From NCBI GenBank assembly GCA_964016885.1, contig OZ024750.1, forward strand, positions 25,544,001 to 25,608,000: a DNA stretch of 64,000 nt. The letters are read 5' to 3'. The notes beneath the pieces were generated by a model. It saw only the letters and a list, made by a program, of their open reading frames with translations. It was not told the origin of the DNA and ran no database searches. The translations under genes and the position numbers were made by a program. This document shows positions 1 to 11,259 of the stretch, piece after piece (the stretch's first letter is position 1; each line of letters begins with the position of its first letter). Source of the DNA: Eledone cirrhosa. Its lineage: Eukaryota.

Positions 1-149
1 AACAGTTAGGTGAACTACTAGAGAGAGAGAGAGTACAGAATCAATGGTTTACCAAAAGCACGAGTATGAGAGAATGTTAGTAATTGTGTGGATGTAAATA
101 AGAGTTAGAGAGGAACTAATAACTAGATTGATTAGAAAATAGTATTGTT

Positions 150-1530
150 GGGAGAGAGACGAGAGTGACATAACAGATAAAAAAAGAGAGGTGGGAGAGA
201 TGATGTGATGAGGAAGAGAGAGGGAAAGAGATAGAAGAGAGAGAGAGAGAGAGTGGGGAGGGAGATGAGAAAGATGAGAGAAATGAGAGAGAGTGAGACA
301 TATGTGGGAGAAATGATGTGATGTGAGAGGGAGAGAGACATTATATATAAAAGAGAGAGAGATGTGGGAGAGATGATGTGATGTGAGAGGGAGAGAGAGA
401 GACATTATATATAAAAGAGAGAGATATGTGGGAGAGATGATGTGATGTGAGAGGGAGAGAGAGAGAGAGAGACATATATAAAAGAGAGAGATATGTGGGA
501 GAAATGATGTGATGTGAGAGGGAGAGAGAGAGAGACATTATATATAAAAGAGAGAGATGTGTGGGAGAGATGATGTGATGTGAGAGAGAGAGAGACATAT
601 ATAAAAGAGAGAGATATGTGGGAGAAATGATGAGAGGGAGAGGGAGAGAGAGACATTATATATAAAAGAGAGAGATATGTGGGAGAGATGATGTGATGTG
701 AGGGAGAGGGAGAGAGTGAGATATTATATATAAAAGAGAGATAGGTGGGAGAGACAGGAGAGAGAGTGAGACATTATATATAAAAGAGAGATAGGTGGGA
801 GAGACAAGAGAGAGAGGGGGAGAGAGAGAGACATTATATATAAAAGAGAGAGATATGTGGGAGAGATGATATGATGTGAGGGAGAGGGAGAGAGACATTA
901 TATATAAAAGAGAGATAGGTGGGAGAGACAAGAGAGAGAGTGAGACATTATATATAAAAGAGAGATAGGTGGGAGAGATGAGATGATGTGATGTGAGAGA
1001 AAGGATGGAGAGATAAATAGCTAGATATATAGAGAGATAGAGATGTGAGAGAAAGAGATGAGAGAGAGACATACTAGATAAAAGAAAGGGGTGGTAGAGA
1101 TGATGAGATGTGAGAGAGAGACGGAGAGCGGGGGAGGGGAGAGACGAGAGATATAATAGATAGATGAGAGAGGGAGCGAGAGATGAGAGAGAGGGAGAGA
1201 GATAATAGATAAAAGAGAGATAAGTGGTAGAGATGATGTGATGATAGAGAGATGTAGGTGGGAGAGACGATATGATGAGAGACAGAGAGAGGGAGATGAG
1301 AGAAAGAGGGGGATAGAGACATAATAGATAAAAGGGAGATAGGTGGTAGATATATGGTGAGTGAGACGTAGAAAGATAAGAGATAGCCAGATAGAGAGAG
1401 GGGTTTAGAGAGAGACAGTGAAGAATGAGAGAAAGATATAGATAGATAGATACAGATGAGAGATGTGAGAGAGAGAGATATAGAGAGGGCGAGATAGATA
1501 GACAGAGAGAGTTAGTGATAACAGGGAGAG
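150..1530. repeat. GA-rich low-complexity region with an approximately 60-bp minisatellite (about 290-1000)
   Basis: Repeated gagagacattatatataaaagagagagatatgtgggagagatgatgtgatgtgagaggg. Confidence 0.85.
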
Positions 1531-2179
1531 AAAACCAGCAATTAACCAGAGAGAATGAAAGAGGGATAAAAATGTATGAAACGGGATTTAAAAAAAATAT
1601 ATCCACAACAATAATTTTATCTTAAGAAAATATTGAATATCAATTAATTCTAATTTAAAAAGAAATTAACTTTACTAAAATATTGCTACAGACAATAAAA
1701 GACAATTTTAACAGGTTTGAAATAATAGGTATATGGTTTATATTAGACATTTCTTAGCTACGATACCTGATAAAATTTACACCTCACCTCTTATTCGAGT
1801 TATTTATTTCTAGATAAGAACAATATCTCTATTGAAATATCGTAAATATATCATTCTAATATATATTTACCTAGAGAATATAGAGATAAAAGTTGAGAGA
1901 ATGAATGTTTTTTAAATAAAGAATGAAGATTTAATGATCAAGTCGATGAAATTCCTAACGAAAAATCCATCCACGATGTTATTGTACTGATTCATAAGGA
2001 GTGAAACAAACTAGAACAGATCAAAACATCTTGTGTTGTTAAAATAACATTAATTCTTTACTATAGGGTTTATATAGAACCATTCTTAGAAATTTAGAGA
2101 TATACATTAAACAGATATTTCACAAAATTCGAATATATATAACCCATATTTAAGTATAAAACAGGTTTTCAGTTAATTG

Positions 2180-2600
2180 AAATGTGGATAGTCGCACTCA
2201 TTCGTCAAGGCCGCCATTATGACTACTTAACAACCAGCTTCACCTCAACGAAGAAAAATGTTTTCATTATTTTATTTTTTTTAGTTAAATATATTTTTAT
2301 CTGTTATATATTTAAATTTCATGGCATTTTCTATTAATTAAAATAATAAATTATTTCAAAAAGAAATAATGTTTATTGTATTATGCAGACGACACAAATG
2401 TCTAAGACGTCATTTGATTGGTTGAATTGCAAACATTGAAATACGTTATTTTTCTAAATCTTTTTTTTACCGATTCTCAAGCGCAGCTGTTCCGTTTGTC
2501 TTATTTGAAATTACTAATAAGGTATTGCACGTTCATCGGTTACTACTTGATTTAACGTGAGAAGAAAACAAATACACACAAAAAAACAAACACTGTAAGT
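2180..2600. promoter_or_regulatory. Promoter-like region, possibly bidirectional, with a putative non-coding first exon ending at 2594 (+)
   Basis: CpG-retaining unique sequence; YY1-like GCCGCCATTAT (2210-2220); CRE-like GACGTCA (about 2406); reverse CCAAT GATTGG (about 2416); donor ACT|gtaagt at 2594/2595. Confidence 0.45.
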
Positions 2601-3514
2601 AGAGACTTTCCCCAATATTAAATATTAGAAACACACCAAAGTAACTTAAAACATTGACTACATTCATTTTGGTTCTAAATTGGGGGGTCGTAATAATATA
2701 GTAAAATCATTACAATTAGATCCCTGACTTTGTGGCCCCTTACCTAGATTTTATTACTGTTTTCAAATTTTCTAATGCTAGATCGAAATATATACAAAAT
2801 ATAACGATTGAATGAAACTTTGCTGAAATTGCATCTCTGTAAGAGTACTTGTTTTTTTAATGTTATTATTATCCTGTGCATTGATTTCACATAGATTCAA
2901 TTATTGGTTTTAAATCGCTCGGTTTAATAATAGAAAGATTATTTGTGAAAAGAAAGAAACGTTTCCTATCTATCATGGCTCCCGTTCACTTAACTATCGT
3001 CTCCGTACTTCGATTTTACCCGGCTTCCCTTTTCTACACAACCTTTATCTTATTAATTGTTATCTTAATTTCAAGATATATCCTTTACAAATCTTTCTAC
3101 CTATTCAATATATATATCCTATTTAATTTCTTATAATTTCCTTTCGATAGTTTTGTAATAAGTATATGTGATTATAAAATGGGGGTTCACTTTTTTTAAA
3201 ACCAGAAATTATTTCTCCTGGTCGATCCTTGTTTTAGATAATATGATTTCCTGATGTCTTTTCTGATCCATTTATTAATCATTTCTAGCAATGGATTCAT
3301 TTATTTATATTTCCTTTATATTTTATTTAATCTTCTAATCTAACCACTAATATAATTTCCGTTTTCCTTCAAACACCAAGCAGAAAGTTAAAGGCTCTCT
3401 TCTGTATTTTTTCGTTCTACTTTAAAAAATCATTTAATATATTTTCCGTTGGAAATTTGAAAAATAAAACTAAAACAGATATTTGGAGTGGCTTTTATTT
3501 TTATTATTCTACCC

Positions 3515-3629
3515 AATATATATATATACATGCATATATATATACATACATTTATATATAAAGTAGTTTTGGTATATATACATATATATAGTTAAGGTAT
3601 ATATATATATATATGTGTGTGTGTATTAT

Positions 3630-3673
<44 letters not shown>

Positions 3674-3914
3674 TATATATATAGTTAAGGTATATATATA
3701 TATATATATATGTGTGTGTATTATATATATATATATATATAATAAAACGTGATGGTTTTATTTTTATTATTCTTCCCAATCTATATATATATATATATAT
3801 ATATATAGTAGTTTATATATATATATATATATATGTATAATGTGATGGTTTTTAAAAATACCCAATACACACATATATATAAAGTTGTTTAGGCATATAT
3901 ATATTGTACATGAA

Positions 3915-3945
<31 letters not shown>
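3515..3945. repeat. (TA)n-rich microsatellite cluster
   Basis: Long TA runs with short repeated spacers. Confidence 0.9.
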
Positions 3946-4159
3946 ATAAAATGGTGTATTATTTAGCTGTGAGGTATTTGTTATTGTTGGCCAGCTGAAA
4001 TCTGGCCAGCCATCACCTTGTCACACAATTATTCTCCTATAAACTATATCTTTCTCTCTCTCTTACTCTTGTTTAATAAATATAGTGTTTCACTTGGTTT
4101 ATTTAATTATTTATATTCTACGTATTTTAAAATATCTATCAGAATATGAACTAATTAGA

Positions 4160-4470
4160 CTCTATGTGTCTATCTATCTATCTATTAGACTATGTATTTG
4201 TCCCCTTCTTTTGTGCCCCTGTGGCTAATAAAGAAACATATCTGTTAGACTATGTGTGTCTATCTATCTGTCTATCTAGGTATCTGACTATATCTCTCTA
4301 TACCTATCTATCTATCTATGTCTATATCTACCTATGTCTGTCCATGTTTATCTATCTGTCTATCTAGGTAATTGACTATATCTATCTATCTATATGTCTG
4401 TTTATATCTATCTATCTCTCTCTCTATATATATATATATATATTTATGACTATCTCCGTTTATATGTCTG
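4160..4470. repeat. Degenerate (TCTA)n microsatellite
   Basis: tctatctatc runs. Confidence 0.75.
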
Positions 4471-4962
4471 TATGTATATAAAACAGGAAATAATATTAAG
4501 TTGTTTAGAAGAGCCATCCGATGGAAAAACTAAATCAAGTTCACGTTTTATCGACATTTTTCCGCAGATTTTTATCAAGGAAATTCATTCCATATTCAAA
4601 ACTAATAAAATATCGATCTGTTAGGATCTATTATCTGCTTCGATTTACGGTAGCATATGAATGGATCTGGAATTACTATTTGTCTTGTGAGTCTCACCTC
4701 AACTAATCAGTTTCGTATATTCAAAATTACCTTCATTAAGCAGAATTAATTGGTATACATAATTATATATGGTCGGGAAATGATATCTGGTTTAAACTAA
4801 TTATGTGAACGTTTCTTCCTACTACTTAATATATACAAAATATAAAATACCTGAAATTTATTTCCTATATATATATATTATAAAGAGTCGGGGACCGACG
4901 GCTGAGCTCTTGCTGTTTCAACAGCTAGTTCCAGACATATATATATATATATACATACATGC

Positions 4963-5120
4963 AAATAGTTAGTGCCCGTCGGCTAAGCTCCCGTCGTTTC
5001 GACTGCATGAGCTCAGCCGACGGGCACTAACTATTTCCAATACATACACTCTACTTTCCTAAGTAGCGAGTACTTTAGCTGAACAAGGTCTTACTAGTCT
5101 AAACTGGTAACTTCCAACCT
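4963..5120. mobile_element. (TA)n-embedded one-sided hairpin element (28-bp arms, 4963-5036, plus conserved tail)
   Basis: aaatagttagtgcccgtcggctaagctc...gagctcagccgacgggcactaactattt; similar copy at 16218-16372. Confidence 0.6.
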
Positions 5121-5160
5121 CTCTCTCTTTATATATATTTCATTTATATATATATATATA

Positions 5161-5350
5161 TAACGAAGGAGTTGTGGTAAGGAACCAGATGGACCATAAC
5201 GCACTAGAGTACTCAAAACTTAGGGTTGTAGAGTGGGTAATAGGAGAAAGTATGACCCCGACGGCAGAGCTCAAGCCGTTTCGACGGCTATTTCTGTCCA
5301 AAAATAGTCATCAAAACGGCTTGAGCTCTGCCGTCGGGGTCATACTTTCT

Positions 5351-5355
<5 letters not shown>
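5161..5355. mobile_element. (TA)n-embedded one-sided hairpin element (54-bp arms, 5240-5355)
   Basis: Near-perfect inverted repeat with 3 mismatches; sister copy at 48521-48707. Confidence 0.65.
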
Positions 5356-5403
<48 letters not shown>

Positions 5404-5610
5404 ATGCAAAATAAAATAAAATGATAATTGAAACAGTTTATTGTTCGGTTTGTGAAATAAAACCTGTTTAAAATAGGAATTTTGGGGTTATTGAATGAAT
5501 ACTTGTACAAATAACTGTTTATAGTTAATTACTCTCTCCTCACAAAAAAGAAGGGAGAGTGCTTTTGATTTCTTTTTAATACGTTACAGTTCTTTGGATT
5601 ATACGACAAA

Positions 5611-6118
5611 TAATGGTTTCTGTTTTAGGCACGATGCCAACAATTTAGGGGGATGGGAAAGCCAATTAAATCAACCCGAGTGCGTGACTGGTACTTTATT
5701 TTAGTCGACCTCGTAAGGATGAAAGGCAAGGCTTAACCTCGGCTGAAAACTGAACTCAGAGCGTAAAGGGACGCAACTATATGCCGCAAATAATGGTTTC
5801 TCATTTAGGCACAAGGCCAGATATTGGGGGGGGGGGAGGAAAGTCAAAGGATGAAAGGTAAAGCTAACCTCGTATAGAATTTGAACTCGGGACGTAGAGG
5901 GACGTAACTATATGCCGCAAATAATAATGGCTTCTCATTTAGGCAGAAAGCCATCAATTTGGGGGAAGAGGAAAGTCAATTAAATCGACACTACTGCGTG
6001 ACTGGTACTTTATTTTATCGAACACCGTAAGGATGAAAGGCAGAGCTAACCTCGTATGGAAACTGAGCTCAGAACGTAAAGGGACGTAACTATATGTCGC
6101 AAATGAAAATAATAATAA
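5611..6118 (-). mobile_element. Three head-to-tail copies of SINE family A
   Basis: Reverse complement of the ...gcctttcatccttacggggtcgataaaataaagtaccag...ggccttgtgcctaaa family, three times (middle copy internally deleted). Confidence 0.8.
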
Positions 6119-6487
6119 TCATGTTTCCTTCTAATTTTTAAAATTTCTCTATAAAAACGAGTAAATATTTCAAGTGAAGCTCTCCTTTTAACATATTAAT
6201 CTATATTTTGTTTATCAATAAACTACCTGCTTTTAGTCAAGCTGCTCCCCTAATTTCTATCGAACTCTAGTTTTTAAAAAAACTATTTCCGTCTCACATT
6301 TCCTTTTAAATTTATAATAGACATGATTTGCGTGTTTATTTTGTTTTGATAAATTCCCCAGAATTAATTTAATGGAATAAATTAGATTTTAATATTTTTC
6401 TGAGAAATCGAGAGACCTTACCTACTTATGGAGTTTTAATTGCATTTCAATCAATATATTCTCTAATTGTCTTCGTTCGACCTCATT

Positions 6488-6693
6488 ATATCATCATCAT
6501 CATCATCATCAGCACCAACAACATCAACTTTACCAACATCATTATCAGCAGCAGCAACAGCTTCACCATCACCAACATCGTCAATAACTTCACCATCATC
6601 ATCATCAACAACTTCACGACCATCATCATCAACAACTTCACCATCATCATCATCAACAACTTCACCATCATCAACAACTTCACCATCATCAAC

Positions 6694-6727
<34 letters not shown>

Positions 6728-6842
6728 ACAACAACATTAACAGCAGCACCACTCCCAAGAACATCATCATCAACAGCACCAACAATATCATCAATAACTT
6801 CATCAACACCACCACTATCATCAACATCATCATCATCAACAG
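6488..6842. repeat. (CAT/CAA/CAC)n trinucleotide tract, probably an expanded LINE tail
   Basis: Source of spurious poly-S/T and poly-D/V ORFs; abuts the 3' end of a LINE remnant. Confidence 0.85.
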
Positions 6843-7313
6843 CATATGTCCAATCCATACACAACATGGATTGGATAGATCTTCTTCAGTACCACAACTT
6901 TCTCCACTTGCTACTGTCATTTATATCTTTTGATTAGCTTTCACCACTTCTGTTCAGGTTTTTCTCGGTCTTTCTCTTCTGTAGGTTCCTTCCATTTTAA
7001 TTGTTTGGCACTTCTTTACCCAACTGTAATCCTTCATATACACCACATGTGGATAGTGCAGTTTTAAATCAACATATTGCACTATCCACAAGTGTTTTTT
7101 AGCCTTCATATCATGTTCTCCTGTTTTATCTGATGAAAACACAAATATTATTGCATGATGATGTTTGTTTTTGAAATGCGCATAATAAAATACATGGAAC
7201 TCCTTTAACCATCTTTTGATCTTATATTATGTATACTCCAGTCCTACAAACTGTAGAGTGCTTCTTATCCGATATCTGCATTGCTTTATTGTACTACAAT
7301 AAAACTTACCTCC

Positions 7314-7347
<34 letters not shown>

Positions 7348-7570
7348 AGTGCTGTCTTTTGCACTCTACTTCTGATTCCTCCTACATTCAGCTAATTTGT
7401 GCTCCATGGTACATGTACACTAAGATTACACATACATCAGAGCATGCTTGCTTCATGTTTTCCAATCCATTGGGCATACTCACCATTCAATGCCAAGTTT
7501 GTAGGCAAACATGTTATAAGTTATAAGCTTCCCTTTGCACCACGAAAGAACCCCTTTCTGGTCAGCAAAA
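6840..7570 (-). mobile_element. Decayed, interrupted RTE-type LINE 3' fragment
   Basis: Minus-strand translation HVVYMKDYSWVKKCQTIKMEGTYRRERPRKT resembles the 28745-29395 element; gagcatgcttgcttcat is shared. Confidence 0.65.
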
Positions 7571-7636
7571 CAATTATATATATATATATATACACACACA
7601 CATATGTATATATACACACACACACACACACACATA

Positions 7637-9417
7637 TCATCATCATCATCATCATCATCGTTTAACGTCCCTGTTCCACGCTTGCATGGGTTTGGACGGG
7701 GGTTTTCCCACTTGAGGCAAGAGTGGTTGTCTTGCTCGCATAGGACTGTCTGGCGGGTTTTCTACAGCTGGATGCCCTTCCTAACACCAACCACATTTAC
7801 AGTGTGGGGCTGGGAGGTTTTTACCGTGTTGCCTACTCGGCCACATTACAGCGTGGACTGTCTGGCGTGTTTTCTACAGCTGGATGCCCTTCCTAACACC
7901 AACCACATTTACAGTGTGGGGCTGGGAGGTTTTTACCGTGTTGCCTACTCGGCCACATTACAGCGTGGACTGTCTGGCGTGTTTTCTACAGCTGGATGCC
8001 CTTCCTAACACCAACCACATTTACAGTGTGGGGCTGGGAGGTTTTTTCCGTGTTGCCTACTCGGCCACATTACAGCGTGGACTGTCTGGCGTGTTTTCTA
8101 CAGCTGGATGCCCTTCCTAACACCAACCACATTTACAGTGTGGGACTGGGAGGTTTTTACCGTGTTGCCTACTCGGCCACATTACAGCGTGGACTGTCTG
8201 GCGTGTTTTCTACAGCTGGATGCCCTTCCTAACACCAACCACATTTACAGTGTGGGACTGGGAGGTTTTTACCGTGTTGCCTACTCGGCCACATTACAGC
8301 GTGGACTGTCTGGCGTGTTTTCTACAGCTGGATGCCCTTCCTAACACCAACCACATTTACAGTGTGGGACTGGGAGGTTTTTACCGTGTTGCCTACTCGG
8401 CCACATTACAGCGTGGACTGTCTGGCGTGTTTTCTACAGCTGGATGCCCTTCCTAACACCAACCACATTTACAGTGTGGGGCTGGGAGGTTTTTTCCGTG
8501 TTGCCTACTCGGCCACATTACAGCGTGGACTGTCTGGCGTGTTTTCTACAGCTGGATGCCCTTCCTAACACCAACCACATTTACAGTGTGGGACTGGGAG
8601 GTTTTTACCGTGTTGCCTACTCGGCCACATTACAGCGTGGACTGTCTGGCGTGTTTTCTACAGCTGGATGCCCTTCCTAACACCAACCACATTTACAGTG
8701 TGGGGCTGGGAGGTTTTTACCGTGTTGCCTACTCGGCCACATTACAGCGTGGACTGTCTGGCGTGTTTTCTACAGCTGGATGCCCTTCCTAACACCAACC
8801 ACATTTACAGTGTGGGGCTGGGAGGTTTTTACCGTGTTGCCTACTCGGCCACATTACAGCGTGGACTGTCTGGCGTGTTTTCTACAGCTGGATGCCCTTC
8901 CTAACACCAACCACATTTACAGTGTGGGGCTGGGAGGTTTTTTCCGTGTTGCCTACTCGGCCACATTACAGCGTGGACTGTCTGGCGTGTTTTCTACAGC
9001 TGGATGCCCTTCCTAACACCAACCACATTTACAGTGTGGGACTGGGAGGTTTTTACCGTGTTGCCTACTCGGCCACATTACAGCGTGGACTGTCTGGCGT
9101 GTTTTCTACAGCTGGATGCCCTTCCTAACACCAACCACATTTACAGTGTGGGGCTGGGAGGTTTTTACCGTGTTGCCTACTCGGCCACATTACAGCGTGG
9201 ACTGTCTGGCGTGTTTTCTACAGCTGGATGCCCTTCCTAACACCAACCACATTTACAGTGTGGGACTGGGAGGTTTTTACCGTGTTGCCTACACGGCCAC
9301 ATTACAGCGTGGACTGTGTGTTTTTTTGTCGTGACACCTACACGATCTCGTTTGTTTCGGCCTGGATGTTGTGGCACCAACATAACTTTGCATTGAAGGG
9401 GGTGGTGTGGATGGGGT

Positions 9418-9420
<3 letters not shown>
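7637..9420 (-). mobile_element. RTE-LINE 3'UTR-type element with an internally amplified 112-bp unit
   Basis: Flanks match the single-unit copy at 20063-20400; (CAT)n tail at the left end. Confidence 0.8.
7743..9317. repeat. 112-bp tandem satellite, 14 near-identical copies
   Basis: ggactgt recurs every 112 bp from 7743 to 9311. Confidence 0.97.
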
Positions 9421-9457
<37 letters not shown>

Positions 9458-9462
<5 letters not shown>

Positions 9463-9640
9463 GTGTGAGAGTCAGGACGAGACAGCTGTATTCTTGTCGT
9501 TTCAACAGCTATTTTGAGTCTGGAATTAGCTGTTGAAACAGCAAAACTCTCTCTAATATAGTTATACTCTACTATTCCAAGTATCAAGTACTCTGCTGAA
9601 TAATGGTCTTATTAGTTTAAAACTGGTAAAATCCTGATAG
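9458..9640. mobile_element. Decayed (TA)n-embedded hairpin element
   Basis: gtttcaacagcta...tagctgttgaaac hairpin core plus actcta...aagta...agtact...ggtctta tail. Confidence 0.5.
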
Positions 9641-9703
9641 ATATATATATATATATATGATAAATAGAAAGGCCAAAATCCAAAGAGAACTCAATAAGAG
9701 TTG

Positions 9704-9741
<38 letters not shown>

Positions 9742-9834
9742 CCCAATTTTATCATTTTATAATTGTTTTTTATTGAGTTCTATATTACTTATGATCTCGG
9801 ATATGTCCGATCCATAGTATTGCACTGGACGTGG

Positions 9835-10035
9835 CCTTGAACTATATATTGTGTGTTTCAGTGTCTTTGGATTAGGATTCGATACAGTAACCCTCCTGAG
9901 CTATATATTGTGTGTGCATGTCTGTTTGGTCTAGGATTGAAATCAAAACTTCTTACATCAGTCCTCTTAAACTATATTGTGTGTGTGTATGTGTCTGGTC
10001 TAGAATTAAAATCAAAACATACATCAACCCTCTTA

Positions 10036-10066
<31 letters not shown>

Positions 10067-10175
10067 CTCTTTTACCTGTTCCAGCCATTCGGCTGAGGCA
10101 TATATATATATATATATATATTTTGTGTGTGTCTTTGGTCTAGAATTAAAATCAAAACATACATCAACCCTCTTA

Positions 10176-10225
<50 letters not shown>

Positions 10226-10740
10226 TCTTTTACCTGTTCCAGCCATTCGGCTGAGGCATATATATATATATATATATATATTTTGTGTGTGTCTTTGGTC
10301 TAGAATTAAAATTAAAACATACATCAACCCTCTTAAACTATATATATATATAATGGAGGCACATGGCTTAGTGGTTAGAGCATTGGCCTTGCAATCGAAA
10401 GGTTGTGAGTTCAATTCTCAGACCGGGTGATGTTGTTTCCTTGAGCAAGACACTTTATTTCACATTGCTCCAGTTTACTCAGCTGTAGAAATGAGATGAT
10501 AGGGACTGCGGTCCCTATCATTCCACTGCAAAGTGGTCGTGTAGGTGCCACTGAAAAAAAGCACCCAGCACTCACTGTAAATGAGGTTGGTGTTAGGAAG
10601 GGCATCCAGCTGTAGAAATCAAGCCAGTATCACTTCCCGTCCCACCCTTGCAAGCAGGGAAAAGCGGACGTAAAATGAAATGATGATGATTATATATATA
10701 TATATATATACTCTTTTACCTGTTCCAGCCATCCGGCTGA

Positions 10741-10777
<37 letters not shown>

Positions 10778-10900
10778 TGTGTGTCTTTGGTCTAGAATTA
10801 AAATCAAAACATACATCAACCCTCTTAAACTATATATATATTGTGTGTATCATTGGTCTACGATTGAAATCAAAATTTCATGCATCAACCCTCTTCTCCA
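9835..10900. repeat. Approximately 60-140-bp tandem repeat with variable (TA)n, interrupted by a SINE
   Basis: Repeated ggtctagaattaaaatcaaaacatacatcaaccctcttaaactata. Confidence 0.8.
10355..10690 (+). mobile_element. tRNA-derived SINE family B with RTE-type tail
   Basis: A-box tggcttagtggtt, B-box gagttcaattct, central ccttgagcaagacacttt; tail cccacccttgcaagcagggaaaagcggacgtaaaatga(tga)n matches the LINE at 28745. Confidence 0.85.
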
Positions 10901-11259
10901 TCACTGCTTAGTTTCTCATCTATCTCTTTTGTATTTACACTTTCAATTTCTCCAAACTTTGTTTATATTGGTTTCATGGAGTGGCAAGATGATGTGTGGG
11001 AGATGGAGTGATACAATATAATAGTATGATGTGTATTGTAAACATACAGCCTTTTTAGTGGGGATGGCAAGACAGTCATAGTATATGTATTGTAAACATA
11101 TGTACCCTTTATTAGCGTGGAGGAGGGGCAGGCGATGATGGTACAGGATATGTATTGTAAACATATGCATCCTACAGTTGTGGGAGGTGGAGTGATACAA
11201 TGATAGTATGATATGTATTGTAAATATGCACCCTTTATTAATGGGGATAGCAAGACAAT

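Noticed and set aside
49-1606. Leu/Ser-rich ORFs on the minus strand
   Set aside because: Translations of GA/CT low-complexity repeat.
3965-4030. pre-miRNA-like hairpin (gttggccag/ctggccagc)
   Set aside because: Only about 9 bp of contiguous stem and no recognisable mature miRNA.
6463-6937. Mucin-like S/T-rich and acidic ORFs
   Set aside because: A trinucleotide tract that is open in several frames on both strands and adjoins a LINE tail.
7535-9461. Series of 78-aa ORFs / CRISPR-like regular array
   Set aside because: The 112-bp units are contiguous with no unique spacers, there are no cas genes, and the context is eukaryotic.
10355-10430. tRNA gene
   Set aside because: A/B boxes are present but there is no complete cloverleaf and it runs into a SINE body; the same holds at 33426 and 59689.
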